Source: an uncultured Clostridia bacterium (GTDB lineage: Bacteria > Bacillota > Clostridia > Christensenellales > UBA3700). Taken from it: DNA of 62,017 bases. A program made the position numbers and the translations under genes. The stretch covers positions 1 through 62,017 of the forward strand of contig CAMWQA010000003.1 in NCBI GenBank assembly GCA_947176265.1, in the 5' to 3' direction. The first letter of the stretch is position 1. Each line of letters begins with the position of its first letter. This document shows, one piece after another, positions 26,647-36,082 of this stretch. The notes beneath the pieces were generated by a model. The model was given only the letters and a program-made list of their open reading frames with translations, was not told the DNA's origin and made no database searches.

Positions 26647-27825
26647 ATGAAAAAACTTACCGTATCTTTTTGCGTATTGACCATACTTTGCATTTTATGC
26701 GTAAGCTTGTTTTTACCGGCTTGCGCGAAAGACGATTACGTACCTCCCGTCAATACCAAAGGAACGTTGTTGAGTATTGGTTGTCTTAGCGACTTACATT
26801 CAAAAGACGCTTATTTCAACTTACTTACCGCGCAGTTAAAACCCAACGTCAAAAAAACGCTCAAGCAAATGCAAGGCAAGTATTACGACGCTTTGATATT
26901 CGGCGGAGACCTCACGTCGAGCGCTTCGCCAGCCAAATCTCATACTTACTCTATTTACGACAAAATTCTTGAATATTCTGACAAGATTACAAAAAATTCC
27001 CTATTCGTATGCGGCAACCATGACTACAGCGCGGGGCTCAACAAATATCCGTCGTCCAAAGTCACGACTACAGATGGATATTACTATAACTATAACGCAG
27101 CCGATTTCTACGGCTATATTATGAAAGATCGCATAGGGCAACTTGACAGTGACGACGCATATTACGAGTATTACGACAACAAGGGCGAAAGCGGCGGCAA
27201 AGGAAATTACTTGCTGGGATATCACTATCAAATCAAAGGCTTCCATTTCATTGGACTCAATCCCCACCCCGCCGACCTTCTCGGCATTTTACAACGCACC
27301 AATTACACCTACACCAAAGGCAGCGTAGATTGGCTTGAGAGCAAATTGCAGTCGATAGGCAAAGACAAGACGGTATTTTTAATTGCGCACATTCCTCTTG
27401 CCTCTTCGGTAAACTTGCGTACCAATAAGGGGATTGAGGCGGGTATGTCGCAATATATGCAAGACAAATTGATAGTCTTTCCCAACCTCGTGTGGCTGTA
27501 CGGACACGACCACTCCGACGGCGCTATGCTTGACGCAGACGGCAATACCGTCAACATAAGTTGTTATATTAAGGACGATACCGCTCAGCGCGTCACGCAG
27601 TATTACGACAAAGACGGCAACAAATCTTTCGTGACTTGCTTCATGGGATCTATGAGTTATAAGTACGGCAATATGTCAAACGATATAAATCCCAAGATTT
27701 ATCAAGGTCTTGACGTCGACGTGTATAATGACAAAATAGTTTTGCAGACTGTCAATTACGGCGCAAACAGTAACAACAGCGGTACGATAACCCCATTCGT
27801 CATTGAAAGGAATATGCAACAATAA
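26647..27825 (+). CDS. Calcineurin-like metallophosphoesterase lipoprotein
   Basis: Lipobox 'LFLPAC', then 'SDLH', 'GGDLT', 'GNHD' and 'GHDH' metallophosphoesterase motifs in order. Confidence 0.8.
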   Translation: MKKLTVSFCVLTILCILCVSLFLPACAKDDYVPPVNTKGTLLSIGCLSDLHSKDAYFNLLTAQLKPNVKKTLKQMQGKYYDALIFGGDLTSSASPAKSHTYSIYDKILEYSDKITKNSLFVCGNHDYSAGLNKYPSSKVTTTDGYYYNYNAADFYGYIMKDRIGQLDSDDAYYEYYDNKGESGGKGNYLLGYHYQIKGFHFIGLNPHPADLLGILQRTNYTYTKGSVDWLESKLQSIGKDKTVFLIAHIPLASSVNLRTNKGIEAGMSQYMQDKLIVFPNLVWLYGHDHSDGAMLDADGNTVNISCYIKDDTAQRVTQYYDKDGNKSFVTCFMGSMSYKYGNMSNDINPKIYQGLDVDVYNDKIVLQTVNYGANSNNSGTITPFVIERNMQQ

Positions 27826-27846
27826 ATTTGTAAACGCAGATAAAAA

Positions 27847-28170
27847 ATGAAAACTTGTCCTAAATGCAACTCTCAAATAGATGAAGATATGGCGCTCTGC
27901 CCAACGTGCGGAGAGCCTTTGCGTACATTTTCCGACAAAAACAAATATGACAAACACAGCTTGATATTAGTGCGCTTTTTGATAATAGTGTCAATTTTAT
28001 TTCCGCCAGTAGGCGCGATAGTAGGCAGCGTAATCAAAAAAAGACATGCCTTTCTCGGCAAGTTATGCTTTAGATACGCGCTTATGGGCTTTGCAATATA
28101 CTGCATGTTGACGCTGCTTGCGCTTATTTGCTATCTTGCAATGACCTTTCTAGGCGTATCTTATTTGTAG
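27847..28170 (+). CDS. Zinc-ribbon domain membrane protein
   Basis: 'CPKCNSQIDEDMALCPTCG' (CxxC...CxxC) followed by two or three TM helices. Confidence 0.6.
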   Translation: MKTCPKCNSQIDEDMALCPTCGEPLRTFSDKNKYDKHSLILVRFLIIVSILFPPVGAIVGSVIKKRHAFLGKLCFRYALMGFAIYCMLTLLALICYLAMTFLGVSYL

Positions 28171-28218
28171 TTCACGTTTTGGCGGTACTTGCAAGTGATA
28201 TTTTTTCAATAATTAAAT

Positions 28219-28248
28219 AAAAAAGTGGACAACAAAGTCCACTTTTTC
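28219..28248. terminator. Bidirectional rho-independent terminator between the zinc-ribbon gene and proS
   Basis: AAAAAA-GTGGAC-AACAAA-GTCCAC-TTTTT. Confidence 0.7.
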
Positions 28249-28278
28249 CATATAACTTCTTGCCAAACAAGCAATATA

Positions 28279-30000
28279 TTATCCTTTCAATTGCTCCATT
28301 TGCTCTTTGATGATTGCTTTGATTTCGTCTATCGCGCTTACATACGCAACTTTCTTGCATTCCTTGGTAGCTCTAACGGTAATCTCAACCTCGTCGGTAG
28401 CCAAGCTCTTGGGAGATACGACTACTCTGATAGGCATACCCATAAGGTCTGCGTCGTTGAACTTGACTCCCGCAGCCACGCTTCTGTCATCGAAAAGCGT
28501 GTCGATACCCTGCTTGACGAGACTGTCGTACAATTCGTAAGCCTTTTTGTTTACGTTTTCGTCGTCAAGTCTCAAAGGACAGATATGCACTTGCCAAGGC
28601 GCTACGCTCATTGGAAGGACAAGACCCTTGTCGTCGCTTGACTCTTGCGCGATTGACGCGATTGCTCTGCCTACGCCAATTCCGTAACAGCCCATAATAG
28701 GATTAAATTCCACGCCGTCTGCGCCGTGTACCGTCATATCCATTGACTTAGTGTACTTTGTGCCAAGTTGGAATATGTTGCCTATCTCAATGCCGTTTTC
28801 CACCCTCAACTTGCCTCCGCATATAGGACATCTGTCTCCGCTTCTCGTCTTGGATATATCGACAAATTTTGCATTTGGCATATCTCTCTTGAAGTTAAAT
28901 CCGGTATAGTGGTGCTCTGCTTTGTTTGCGCCAATTACCAAAGAATTAATATTCTCCAGCGACTTGTCGTATACGGTAATTATGCTTTTGTCAAGTCCCA
29001 TAGGTCCAATATTACCGCATGCCAAAACTTCGCTTACTCCGCCGTCGTACGGTACGATTTCTTTACGTAATTCCTTTTTAAGTTTTGCCTCGTTGACCTC
29101 AAGGTCTCCTCTTGTAAATGCGATTACTATCTCGTCGGCGTTGCCCTTGACTGCAAATACGACAGCTTTGCAAGTAAGATCTTGAGATACTTTCAATCTT
29201 GCAGATACTTCTTCAATTGTCTTGTCTTCGCCCGTAAATACAAGCTCAAGCGGTTTAACTTCGCTCGTCGGAGTATCGATTACGCCGTCGGCTACTTCCA
29301 TATTTGCTCTGTAATCGCAGTCGTTACAAAGCACTATGCTGTCTTCGCCTACTTCCGTCAACAACATAAACTCGTGCGCAACGCTACCGCCCATCATACC
29401 CGTGTCGGATTTAATATCAATAAAGTTCTTAAGTCCTATTCTTCTGAATATGCGATAGTATGCGTCAAATACTCTTTGATAATACTCTTCCAAATCCTCT
29501 TTAGTCGAGTGGAATGAGTATGCGTCTTTCATGGTAAATTCTCTAACTCTGATAAGTCCGCCTCTGGATCTTGCTTCGTCGCGGAACTTGGTCTGCAATT
29601 GATATATCATCATAGGCAGTTGGTTGTAAGAGCTGACTATGTGATTGGCAAGATGTACAGCCGCCTCCTCGTGCGTCATACCGAGCAACATGTCTCTGTC
29701 GGCTCTGTCCTTAAATCTAACCATCTCGCTGCCGATTGAATTGTATCTGCCGGACTTCTCCCAAATCTCTCTTGGCATAACGACCGGGAACAGCACTTCC
29801 TGTCCGTCCAACGCATCCATTTCTTGACGAATGATAGCCTGTACCTTTTGGCTCATCTTCTGACAGGGCATAGTCATGGTATAAATACCGTTTGCCACCT
29901 GCTTGATAAAACCTGCTCTCGACAAAAGTATATGACTTTTGATTTTTGCGTCTTGAGGAGCTTCTTTCGTACGCTCGCACACCAATTTGCTCAATAACAT
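28279..30000 (-). CDS. proS: Proline--tRNA ligase, bacterial type with INS editing domain
   Basis: 573 aa. Class II motifs ('FRDE.RSRGGLIRVREF', 'GCYGIGVGR'), a central insertion domain and a C-terminal anticodon-binding domain. Confidence 0.95.
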   Translation of the reverse strand: MLLSKLVCERTKEAPQDAKIKSHILLSRAGFIKQVANGIYTMTMPCQKMSQKVQAIIRQEMDALDGQEVLFPVVMPREIWEKSGRYNSIGSEMVRFKDRADRDMLLGMTHEEAAVHLANHIVSSYNQLPMMIYQLQTKFRDEARSRGGLIRVREFTMKDAYSFHSTKEDLEEYYQRVFDAYYRIFRRIGLKNFIDIKSDTGMMGGSVAHEFMLLTEVGEDSIVLCNDCDYRANMEVADGVIDTPTSEVKPLELVFTGEDKTIEEVSARLKVSQDLTCKAVVFAVKGNADEIVIAFTRGDLEVNEAKLKKELRKEIVPYDGGVSEVLACGNIGPMGLDKSIITVYDKSLENINSLVIGANKAEHHYTGFNFKRDMPNAKFVDISKTRSGDRCPICGGKLRVENGIEIGNIFQLGTKYTKSMDMTVHGADGVEFNPIMGCYGIGVGRAIASIAQESSDDKGLVLPMSVAPWQVHICPLRLDDENVNKKAYELYDSLVKQGIDTLFDDRSVAAGVKFNDADLMGMPIRVVVSPKSLATDEVEITVRATKECKKVAYVSAIDEIKAIIKEQMEQLKG

Positions 30001-30384
30001 AAATTTACCTCTTTTAATAAATTCGTATAAAGTTTATCACAACGAATTGTTAAAATCAAGCAAAGTAAATTATCATAATAAATTTATATAAATATTCGAT
30101 ACGCAAAATTCGACAAAGACTTTCAACCCATTATAATATCGATAGATATTCAAATGCAAATATGAGCATATATCAATATGCAAGTATGTACATATTTAAA
30201 TCTATAAATATTAATATATGCAAATATGTTAATATGATTTTCCATCAAGCAAACATCTAGCTCCACTCACCATTGAGCGTAATCGGCGGGTATTTACGTT
30301 GATAGGCAATCTCCCCTACCCTATTTACTAATTCTCCATATATCTCCCCTCTCGTTTGGCGAGAAGGGAGTGGCGCGCCAAACG

Positions 30385-31623
30385 TTAACGCAAGCCTACG
30401 CTGGTGTTGTCTTTGTGTCTGTCTCTCAAAGCGTCGATTGGGTGCTCTGCAATTTGATAGCGGTAATCTATACCCTTCTTGTCGATATACTCGCCTATGA
30501 CCTTATGCGAAGCAACGTTTGCAGTCTTTGGATTGACGATACTTTGATAAGTGAAGAAATCGCTGCTCTTTGGCATTTCGTCAACATTGATATAGTTTTC
30601 TCTGTCGGCGGTAAGTCTAACGCTCTCAAGCTGCTGACGAACGTAATCTTTGCAAGAATGGAAAGCCAAAAGCTCGGGGAATTCGCCCACGGGAATAATT
30701 TGTTGCCATTCTTTTTTCTCATATTTCTTGAGCATTTGAGCCGCCGTATGCAAGTGAGCAACTTCCTGTTCAAATAGTTGTTCCCACATTGCCTTGATAC
30801 GCTTGTCGCTCTCGTCCATATAGCAAGAATAATAGAGATACGCTTCGCAATATTCGTGCATAAGCGAATTTTCAAGCCAGGTGCAGTTGGTGTCCATCAA
30901 CGAGCCGTATTGCGTGACGTGCTGTTCTTCTATCATAGCGATTTCCGTATAAAGCTGTCTGCCAAGCGTAGATTGATCGTAGAAAGCGCCTTGGTTCATA
31001 TAGTAATTCATAGTCTGCTGTTCTGCCGCAGTGATTATCATAGTATTGAGTACCGTCAACATATCGCTTGATTTGCTGTCGATATGATATCTTATGCTGT
31101 CGTATGGGTGTCTATGCTCTGCAATGGTAGGTCTGCCCGGCATAATTTCCACGTATTCGCCAACTAATCTTTGAGCCTTGACGCCCTGCTCCATTTCCAA
31201 AAGGTCAGCGTATCTGTAAAGGTGGTCAAAGTCCTCAAGTAGCGCAAAATCAAGAGCTTGCTTTACGTATCCGTTTTTCTCTCTTTGAGCTAAGATAGCC
31301 GTCAAATCAACCGCCAAATGCTCGTATCCAATCGTATGCTCCAAGATATTCTCATTGAGAGGTTTGAGATTGGCAATACGTTTTTGCTGTTGTTGCTCTA
31401 CTCTTCTTGTCGCCGCCAAATGTCTGCGAATATCGTTGTTGTCGCAGTTGCGCGAAAAGCGGTGTAAGAAATTGACGGATTCGTATTCCGTTCCGTTCAT
31501 AAGAATAATACGAAGTTTGGTGTACGGACTTACTTCTTCCTTATCGTAAGGCTTTGAGTTGAGGCAAGACCAATCACAAAATTGTTTGTCTTGCGACATA
31601 GGTTTGAGTTCAAAAGGATTCAT
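30385..31623 (-). CDS. Ferritin-like (di-iron carboxylate type) protein of unknown function
   Basis: 412 aa, all-helical in appearance, with two ExxH motifs ('IEEQHVTQY', 'EQEVAHLH') and partner Glu-containing helices ('LLEDFDHLY', 'AAEQQTMNYY'). I recognise no named family. Confidence 0.45.
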   Translation of the reverse strand: MNPFELKPMSQDKQFCDWSCLNSKPYDKEEVSPYTKLRIILMNGTEYESVNFLHRFSRNCDNNDIRRHLAATRRVEQQQQKRIANLKPLNENILEHTIGYEHLAVDLTAILAQREKNGYVKQALDFALLEDFDHLYRYADLLEMEQGVKAQRLVGEYVEIMPGRPTIAEHRHPYDSIRYHIDSKSSDMLTVLNTMIITAAEQQTMNYYMNQGAFYDQSTLGRQLYTEIAMIEEQHVTQYGSLMDTNCTWLENSLMHEYCEAYLYYSCYMDESDKRIKAMWEQLFEQEVAHLHTAAQMLKKYEKKEWQQIIPVGEFPELLAFHSCKDYVRQQLESVRLTADRENYINVDEMPKSSDFFTYQSIVNPKTANVASHKVIGEYIDKKGIDYRYQIAEHPIDALRDRHKDNTSVGLR

Positions 31624-31941
31624 ATTTCCCCTCCATGTTTTTATTTAGAGCAATGCTTAAGTTCGCATGGCAATCTTATTCACGATTACTTAATCATTAC
31701 CTCTATTTTTTTAAGTATCTTCTCAAGTTCACGTAGCAATATTGCTTATGCATCTTAATCAACGTCTCTTTGAGTGAAGTATTTCCAATATATTTAAACT
31801 TTATCACTAAACTTTCGTTAATTTTTGTCCAAATTGCGCCAAAACACTTTTTATTTATTGTAAATAGTGTTAGAATAAAGGCAGAGGAATTATATCGAAG
31901 AAAATCGATATATCAAGTTATACTTAGTTTAAGGAGTGTTT

Positions 31942-32766
31942 ATGGAGAAACAAAAGTTGGAATACCTCCAATCCAAAGCTCTCGACGTACGTAAAATCGC
32001 CGTTGAGATGATAGGAAGATTGGGCGTGGGACATATCGGCGGTTCGTTGAGTGTAGTCGACCTTCTCGCCGTACTTTATTACGATATTGCAAAAGTTGAC
32101 CCCAAGAATCCAAAAGACCCCGACAGGGATAGAATAGTTATGAGCAAAGGTCATGCAGGACCGGCTGTATACAGCGTGCTTGCAGACAAGGGATACTTCC
32201 CTATGGAAGAGATTAAGACCCTCAATCAATCGGGCACAAATCTTCCATCTCACTGCGATATGAACAAGACAGTCGGTATCGATATGACTGCAGGCTCGTT
32301 GGGACAGGGCTTGAGTTGCGCGATAGGTATGGCTCTTGCCGGCAAGATTGACAAAAAAGATTACAAGGTATTCTGCATACTCGGAGACGGCGAATCTCAA
32401 GAAGGTCAGGTATGGGAAGCTCTTATGTACGCCGGCAATATGCGCCTTGGCAATCTCGTCATTTTCATAGACAACAACGGTATGCAAATCGACGGTATGA
32501 CGGCAGATATTAACGCTATAGAACCGCTTGAGGAAAAAGGTAACGCATTCAACCTACATACTCAACGCATTAACGGTCACGATATCGAAGCACTTGAAAA
32601 CGCAATCAACACTGCTCTTTCCGTCAAGGACAAGACCTCTTTGATTATACTCGACACAATAAAAGGCTACGGCGTAGACTTTGTATCAAGTAAGGGCGCA
32701 GGTTGCCACTCTATGGCAATCACTGAAGAGCAATGGCGCGAATTCTGCGGTAAGGAGGACGAGTAA
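31942..32766 (+). CDS. Transketolase, N-terminal (TPP-binding) subunit
   Basis: 'GHIGGSLSVVDLLAVLY', 'SKGHAGPAVY' and 'GDGESQEGQVWEA'. Start set to the ATG at 31942, which follows the AAGGAG Shine-Dalgarno; the listed GTG at 31936 overlaps that Shine-Dalgarno. Confidence 0.9.
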   Translation: MEKQKLEYLQSKALDVRKIAVEMIGRLGVGHIGGSLSVVDLLAVLYYDIAKVDPKNPKDPDRDRIVMSKGHAGPAVYSVLADKGYFPMEEIKTLNQSGTNLPSHCDMNKTVGIDMTAGSLGQGLSCAIGMALAGKIDKKDYKVFCILGDGESQEGQVWEALMYAGNMRLGNLVIFIDNNGMQIDGMTADINAIEPLEEKGNAFNLHTQRINGHDIEALENAINTALSVKDKTSLIILDTIKGYGVDFVSSKGAGCHSMAITEEQWREFCGKEDE

Positions 32767-32767
32767 T

Positions 32768-33709
32768 ATGCAAGATATGTTGGAAATGAGAGAAGTATAT
32801 TGCAACTGCTTGGTAGAAGAGGCAAAGACCAACGACAAAATCGTAGTCGTCGAAGCCGACCTTATGAACTGCATCAAGACTGGACCGTTTAAGAAAGCTT
32901 ATCCCGATAGATTTTTCAACGTGGGAATTGCGGAGGCAAATATGGTGGGAGTATCCGCCGGACTTGCAACTTGCGGTAAAATCCCATTCTGCTCTTCTTT
33001 CGGCACGTTCGCCACAAGAAGATGCTACGACCAAGTATTTATCAGCGTAGCGTACAGCAAACAAAACGTAAAGATAGTAGGCACCGACCCAGGTATCTGC
33101 GCGGAAATCAACGGCGGTACTCACATGCCTTTTGAAGATATGGGCATTATGCGCGGCATACCCAATATGCTTTGCGTAGAGCCTACCGACGCTGCAATGC
33201 TCAAATCGCTTATGCCGCAAATCATCGCTTACGACGGCGCAACTTATATAAGACTGCAACGTAAAAAAGCGGAAGCCGTATATCAAGAGGGCGAAAAGTT
33301 TGACCTTTTCAAAGCAAGGACAGTTGTACCCGGTAAGGACGCTACTATAATTGCATCAGGTATTATGGTAAGCAAAGCAATCGAAGCAAGCAAAATTTTT
33401 AAAGGTATGGGAATGAGCGTCGGCGTACTCAACGTCTTCACTTGGAAGCCTATCGACGAAGAGGCAATAATCAAAGTTGCAAAGACAAGCGGCGCAATCG
33501 TAGTGGCAGAAAATCATAATTTCCGTAACGGACTTTACTCTGCTGTCGCAGAAGTCGTCGTCAACAACTGCCCCGTTCCAATGGAAAGCGTAGGCGTGCA
33601 GGACGAATTCGGCGAAGTAGGCAAAATGCCTTACCTCGCTCAAAGATTCCACTTGACGGTAGACGATATCGTACAAAAGACTTTGAAAGCAATTAAGCGT
33701 AAAAAGTAA
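32768..33709 (+). CDS. Transketolase, C-terminal (pyrimidine-binding) subunit
   Basis: Start set to the ATG at 32768 (AAGGAGG upstream; follows the TAA of the N-subunit). 'FFNVGIAEANMVGVSAGLA' and the C-terminal domain are present. Confidence 0.9.
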   Translation: MQDMLEMREVYCNCLVEEAKTNDKIVVVEADLMNCIKTGPFKKAYPDRFFNVGIAEANMVGVSAGLATCGKIPFCSSFGTFATRRCYDQVFISVAYSKQNVKIVGTDPGICAEINGGTHMPFEDMGIMRGIPNMLCVEPTDAAMLKSLMPQIIAYDGATYIRLQRKKAEAVYQEGEKFDLFKARTVVPGKDATIIASGIMVSKAIEASKIFKGMGMSVGVLNVFTWKPIDEEAIIKVAKTSGAIVVAENHNFRNGLYSAVAEVVVNNCPVPMESVGVQDEFGEVGKMPYLAQRFHLTVDDIVQKTLKAIKRKK

Positions 33710-33728
33710 ATTTGAATTATCGATAAAT

Positions 33729-33760
33729 AAAAAACGGAAGCGCGACACTTCCGTTTTTTA
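33729..33760. terminator. Bidirectional rho-independent terminator between transketolase and the GNAT gene
   Basis: AAAAAACGGAAG-CGCGACA-CTTCCGTTTTTT. Confidence 0.8.
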
Positions 33761-33772
33761 ATATATAAATAC

Positions 33773-34183
33773 TTATATAGATTGCCTCATCCAAATATGT
33801 TCGCAGCCTTCGTCGTAATCCATATCGCCAAAAGACGTATAGCCTTGCTTTTGATAAAAGCCTTCCGCGCGTTTTTGAGCGTGAATTCTTATCTCTTTTC
33901 CGCCCGACTTCTCTATTTGCTCTTTTGCAAACTCAAGTAGCTTTCCGCCAAGTCCCACTCCGCGATATTCCTTTACGACTGCGATACGACCTATCAAATA
34001 ATAGCCGTCTTGATAAAAGTATCTGCAAGTGGCAATCGCTCTGCCGTCGTCAAAAGCAAGTATGTGCGTAGCGTAATCGTCCACGCTGTCAAACTCTTCT
34101 TGAAAGCCTTGCTCTTCTACGAAAACTTTCACGCGTATTTCCCTTGCCTCTTTCGGCAAACTGTAGTAAATCTTAAATTCCAT
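33773..34183 (-). CDS. GNAT-family N-acetyltransferase
   Basis: 'IGRIAVVKEYRGVGLGGKLLEFA' (motif A, Q/RxxGxG/A) and 'YQKQGY'. Confidence 0.85.
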   Translation of the reverse strand: MEFKIYYSLPKEAREIRVKVFVEEQGFQEEFDSVDDYATHILAFDDGRAIATCRYFYQDGYYLIGRIAVVKEYRGVGLGGKLLEFAKEQIEKSGGKEIRIHAQKRAEGFYQKQGYTSFGDMDYDEGCEHIWMRQSI

Positions 34184-34231
34184 ATCTATATTGTATATTA
34201 CTTATAAATCTTTTGCAAGTTTTGTCGAAGT

Positions 34232-35182
34232 CTATATTATTGTCGTCGTCAAAGTTTCCCCACTTATTGCCGATTGGTACATCATCCAATAGCCTCTTCC
34301 GCCCTTTTCTATCTCCATCCATTGTCTGCAATCGCTGCTGTTTTGCGGCGGATTAGAATCGTCTTTATCTGGCACACCGTAGCATATTATATCTGGCACT
34401 CCGTCATTCTCAATAACGCCTACTACGTAATATCCGTCTCCCTCTATAGGCACTCTTACCCACTTGCTTGACGGAATAAGCAAAGTCAATTCTTCGTCCT
34501 TTTGATGAGTATCAAATAATTCGCTTAAATTCTTCTCGATTTTTTTATAAAACGGCTCTACCGTCTTTGCCTTGCTTGTCTTCTTACCTTGTGTTATTTG
34601 CTCGGTTTTTTCTTCTACCTTCGGCGTTACGACTTCTTGTTGAATATCTTGTATATGCTTATTTTCTTCAACGTGAGGCAATTCGATTTCTACGTCAATT
34701 ATTTGTTCTTCAACACGGTCGCGTCTTATCTGCTCTTGTCTTATTGGTTCTTGTCTTATTGCTTCTTGTCTTATACTCGTTTGTTCGACAGGTTGTTGAG
34801 CATTGACGTCTCTTATGTCCGTTGGTCTCTCGATTACTTGAGAAATGCTCGCATAATATCTATGTATATCTGTCATTATCGCGTTGGGAGAAAATCTTCC
34901 CTTATTGCTACCCATACACACGATACTTCCGTCGGCTACGACGACTATTTGAATTGTCTTATTGAGATCGTAAAGCGCATTAAAAGTATGCTCGCCGTCA
35001 AAAAGATTGCCGCAATACATAATATTGTCTCCGCTCTTAATGCACATTAAGCCATTGCCATTCAACCCTAAAATTCTTACAAAGCAACTTGTCCTACCTG
35101 CAAAATTTTCAAACTTGACGATACCCGAGCAATTGCTCTTGTTGTGTTCCGTCATTATAATTATCTTTTTCAAAATTACCAT
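34232..35182 (-). CDS. Hypothetical protein with a central IRQEx pentapeptide repeat
   Basis: 316 aa: an N-terminal beta-rich domain, a low-complexity Q/E/R linker, and a C-terminal 'GYYVVGVIENDGVPDIICYGVP...GYWMMYQSAISGE' module. The start could be the ATG at 35155. No family recognised. Confidence 0.5.
   Translation of the reverse strand: MVILKKIIIMTEHNKSNCSGIVKFENFAGRTSCFVRILGLNGNGLMCIKSGDNIMYCGNLFDGEHTFNALYDLNKTIQIVVVADGSIVCMGSNKGRFSPNAIMTDIHRYYASISQVIERPTDIRDVNAQQPVEQTSIRQEAIRQEPIRQEQIRRDRVEEQIIDVEIELPHVEENKHIQDIQQEVVTPKVEEKTEQITQGKKTSKAKTVEPFYKKIEKNLSELFDTHQKDEELTLLIPSSKWVRVPIEGDGYYVVGVIENDGVPDIICYGVPDKDDSNPPQNSSDCRQWMEIEKGGRGYWMMYQSAISGETLTTTII
34719..34778 (-). repeat. 4 x 15-bp tandem repeat inside the hypothetical CDS
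   Basis: Plus-strand units are TCGCGTCTTATCTGC / TCTTGTCTTATTGGT / TCTTGTCTTATTGCT / TCTTGTCTTATACTC. They encode 'IRQEA IRQEP IRQEQ IRRDR'. Confidence 0.85.
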
Positions 35183-35236
35183 ATACTACCCTCCGTACAC
35201 AATAAACTATGCGGATAGAATACGTATTATGCTAAA

Positions 35237-36073
35237 TTATCCGAACAACAACTCGCTCAACTTAATAAATTGGTCAATATTTAAAACTTCGCCTCTTATT
35301 CTCTCGTCCAATCCCATATCATTCAACGCTTTGCTTGCCACTTCTCTACTCACGCCGAGACCGCTCATAATATTGTTGACAAGCGTCTTTCTACGCATTG
35401 CGAAAGCGCACTTGATTACCTTTTTGACTTTGGCTTTGTCTACGTGAAAATAAGTATCGTCAAGATCGATACGCACGATACAGCTGTCTACGTTGGGCTG
35501 AGGCGTAAACATATATCTCGGCACTTCGCGCATAATCTTGGCTTTGCCTTCTAGCGCAATGGCGAGCGTAATTACGCCGTAATCTCCGTCGGTTGCCGTA
35601 GACGTCAAACGCACGCCAACTTCTTTTTGTATCATCACCGTGATACTCTTTGGTCGGCGCGCACGCTCCAAAAATCTCATTATTATAGGCGTGGTAATAT
35701 AATACGGCAAATTGGCTACAACCTTATAGTCCTTGCCTTCCAAAAGCGTATCAAGTTCTTCGTCGCTTACCTTTTGGATATCTTTGAATACTACTTCGAC
35801 TTTGTCCTCTAGTCCTTTGAGAGTTTGTCCAAGTATAGGCACAAGATTGCGATCTATCTCAAAGGCAAGCACCTTGCCGGCAGACTTTGCAAGCTCTCTC
35901 GTAAGCGTACCCGCGCCCGCGCCAATCTCCACGACGACGTCGTTTTCGTCAACTCCGCTGTCCTTTACCATTGCTTGCAAAAGATTGGTGTCGGTAATAA
36001 AGTTTTGTCCAAACTGCTTATTAAATCTAAAGTTGTGGTCTTGCAGTATTTGTTTTATATCGCTCATAATCAA
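35237..36073 (-). CDS. rsmA: 16S rRNA (adenine1518/1519-N6)-dimethyltransferase RsmA/KsgA
   Basis: 'FGQNFITD', SAM motif 'VVEIGAGAGTLT' and 'VANLPYYITTPI'. Confidence 0.95.
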   Translation of the reverse strand: MIMSDIKQILQDHNFRFNKQFGQNFITDTNLLQAMVKDSGVDENDVVVEIGAGAGTLTRELAKSAGKVLAFEIDRNLVPILGQTLKGLEDKVEVVFKDIQKVSDEELDTLLEGKDYKVVANLPYYITTPIIMRFLERARRPKSITVMIQKEVGVRLTSTATDGDYGVITLAIALEGKAKIMREVPRYMFTPQPNVDSCIVRIDLDDTYFHVDKAKVKKVIKCAFAMRRKTLVNNIMSGLGVSREVASKALNDMGLDERIRGEVLNIDQFIKLSELLFG

Positions 36074-36082
36074 TATATAACC

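Noticed and set aside
30344-30384. The hairpins after the ferritin-like gene, read as a rho-independent terminator.
   Set aside because: The stems are good, but on the transcribed (minus) strand they are followed by ATATATGGAG rather than a U-tract. I report them only as a structural oddity.
31891-31912. The palindrome TATATCGA-AGAAAA-TCGATATA, 24 nt upstream of the transketolase Shine-Dalgarno, read as an operator.
   Set aside because: It is a single AT-rich 8-bp inverted repeat with no second copy in the window and no adjacent regulator. It could equally be a 5'-UTR hairpin or chance in AT-rich DNA.
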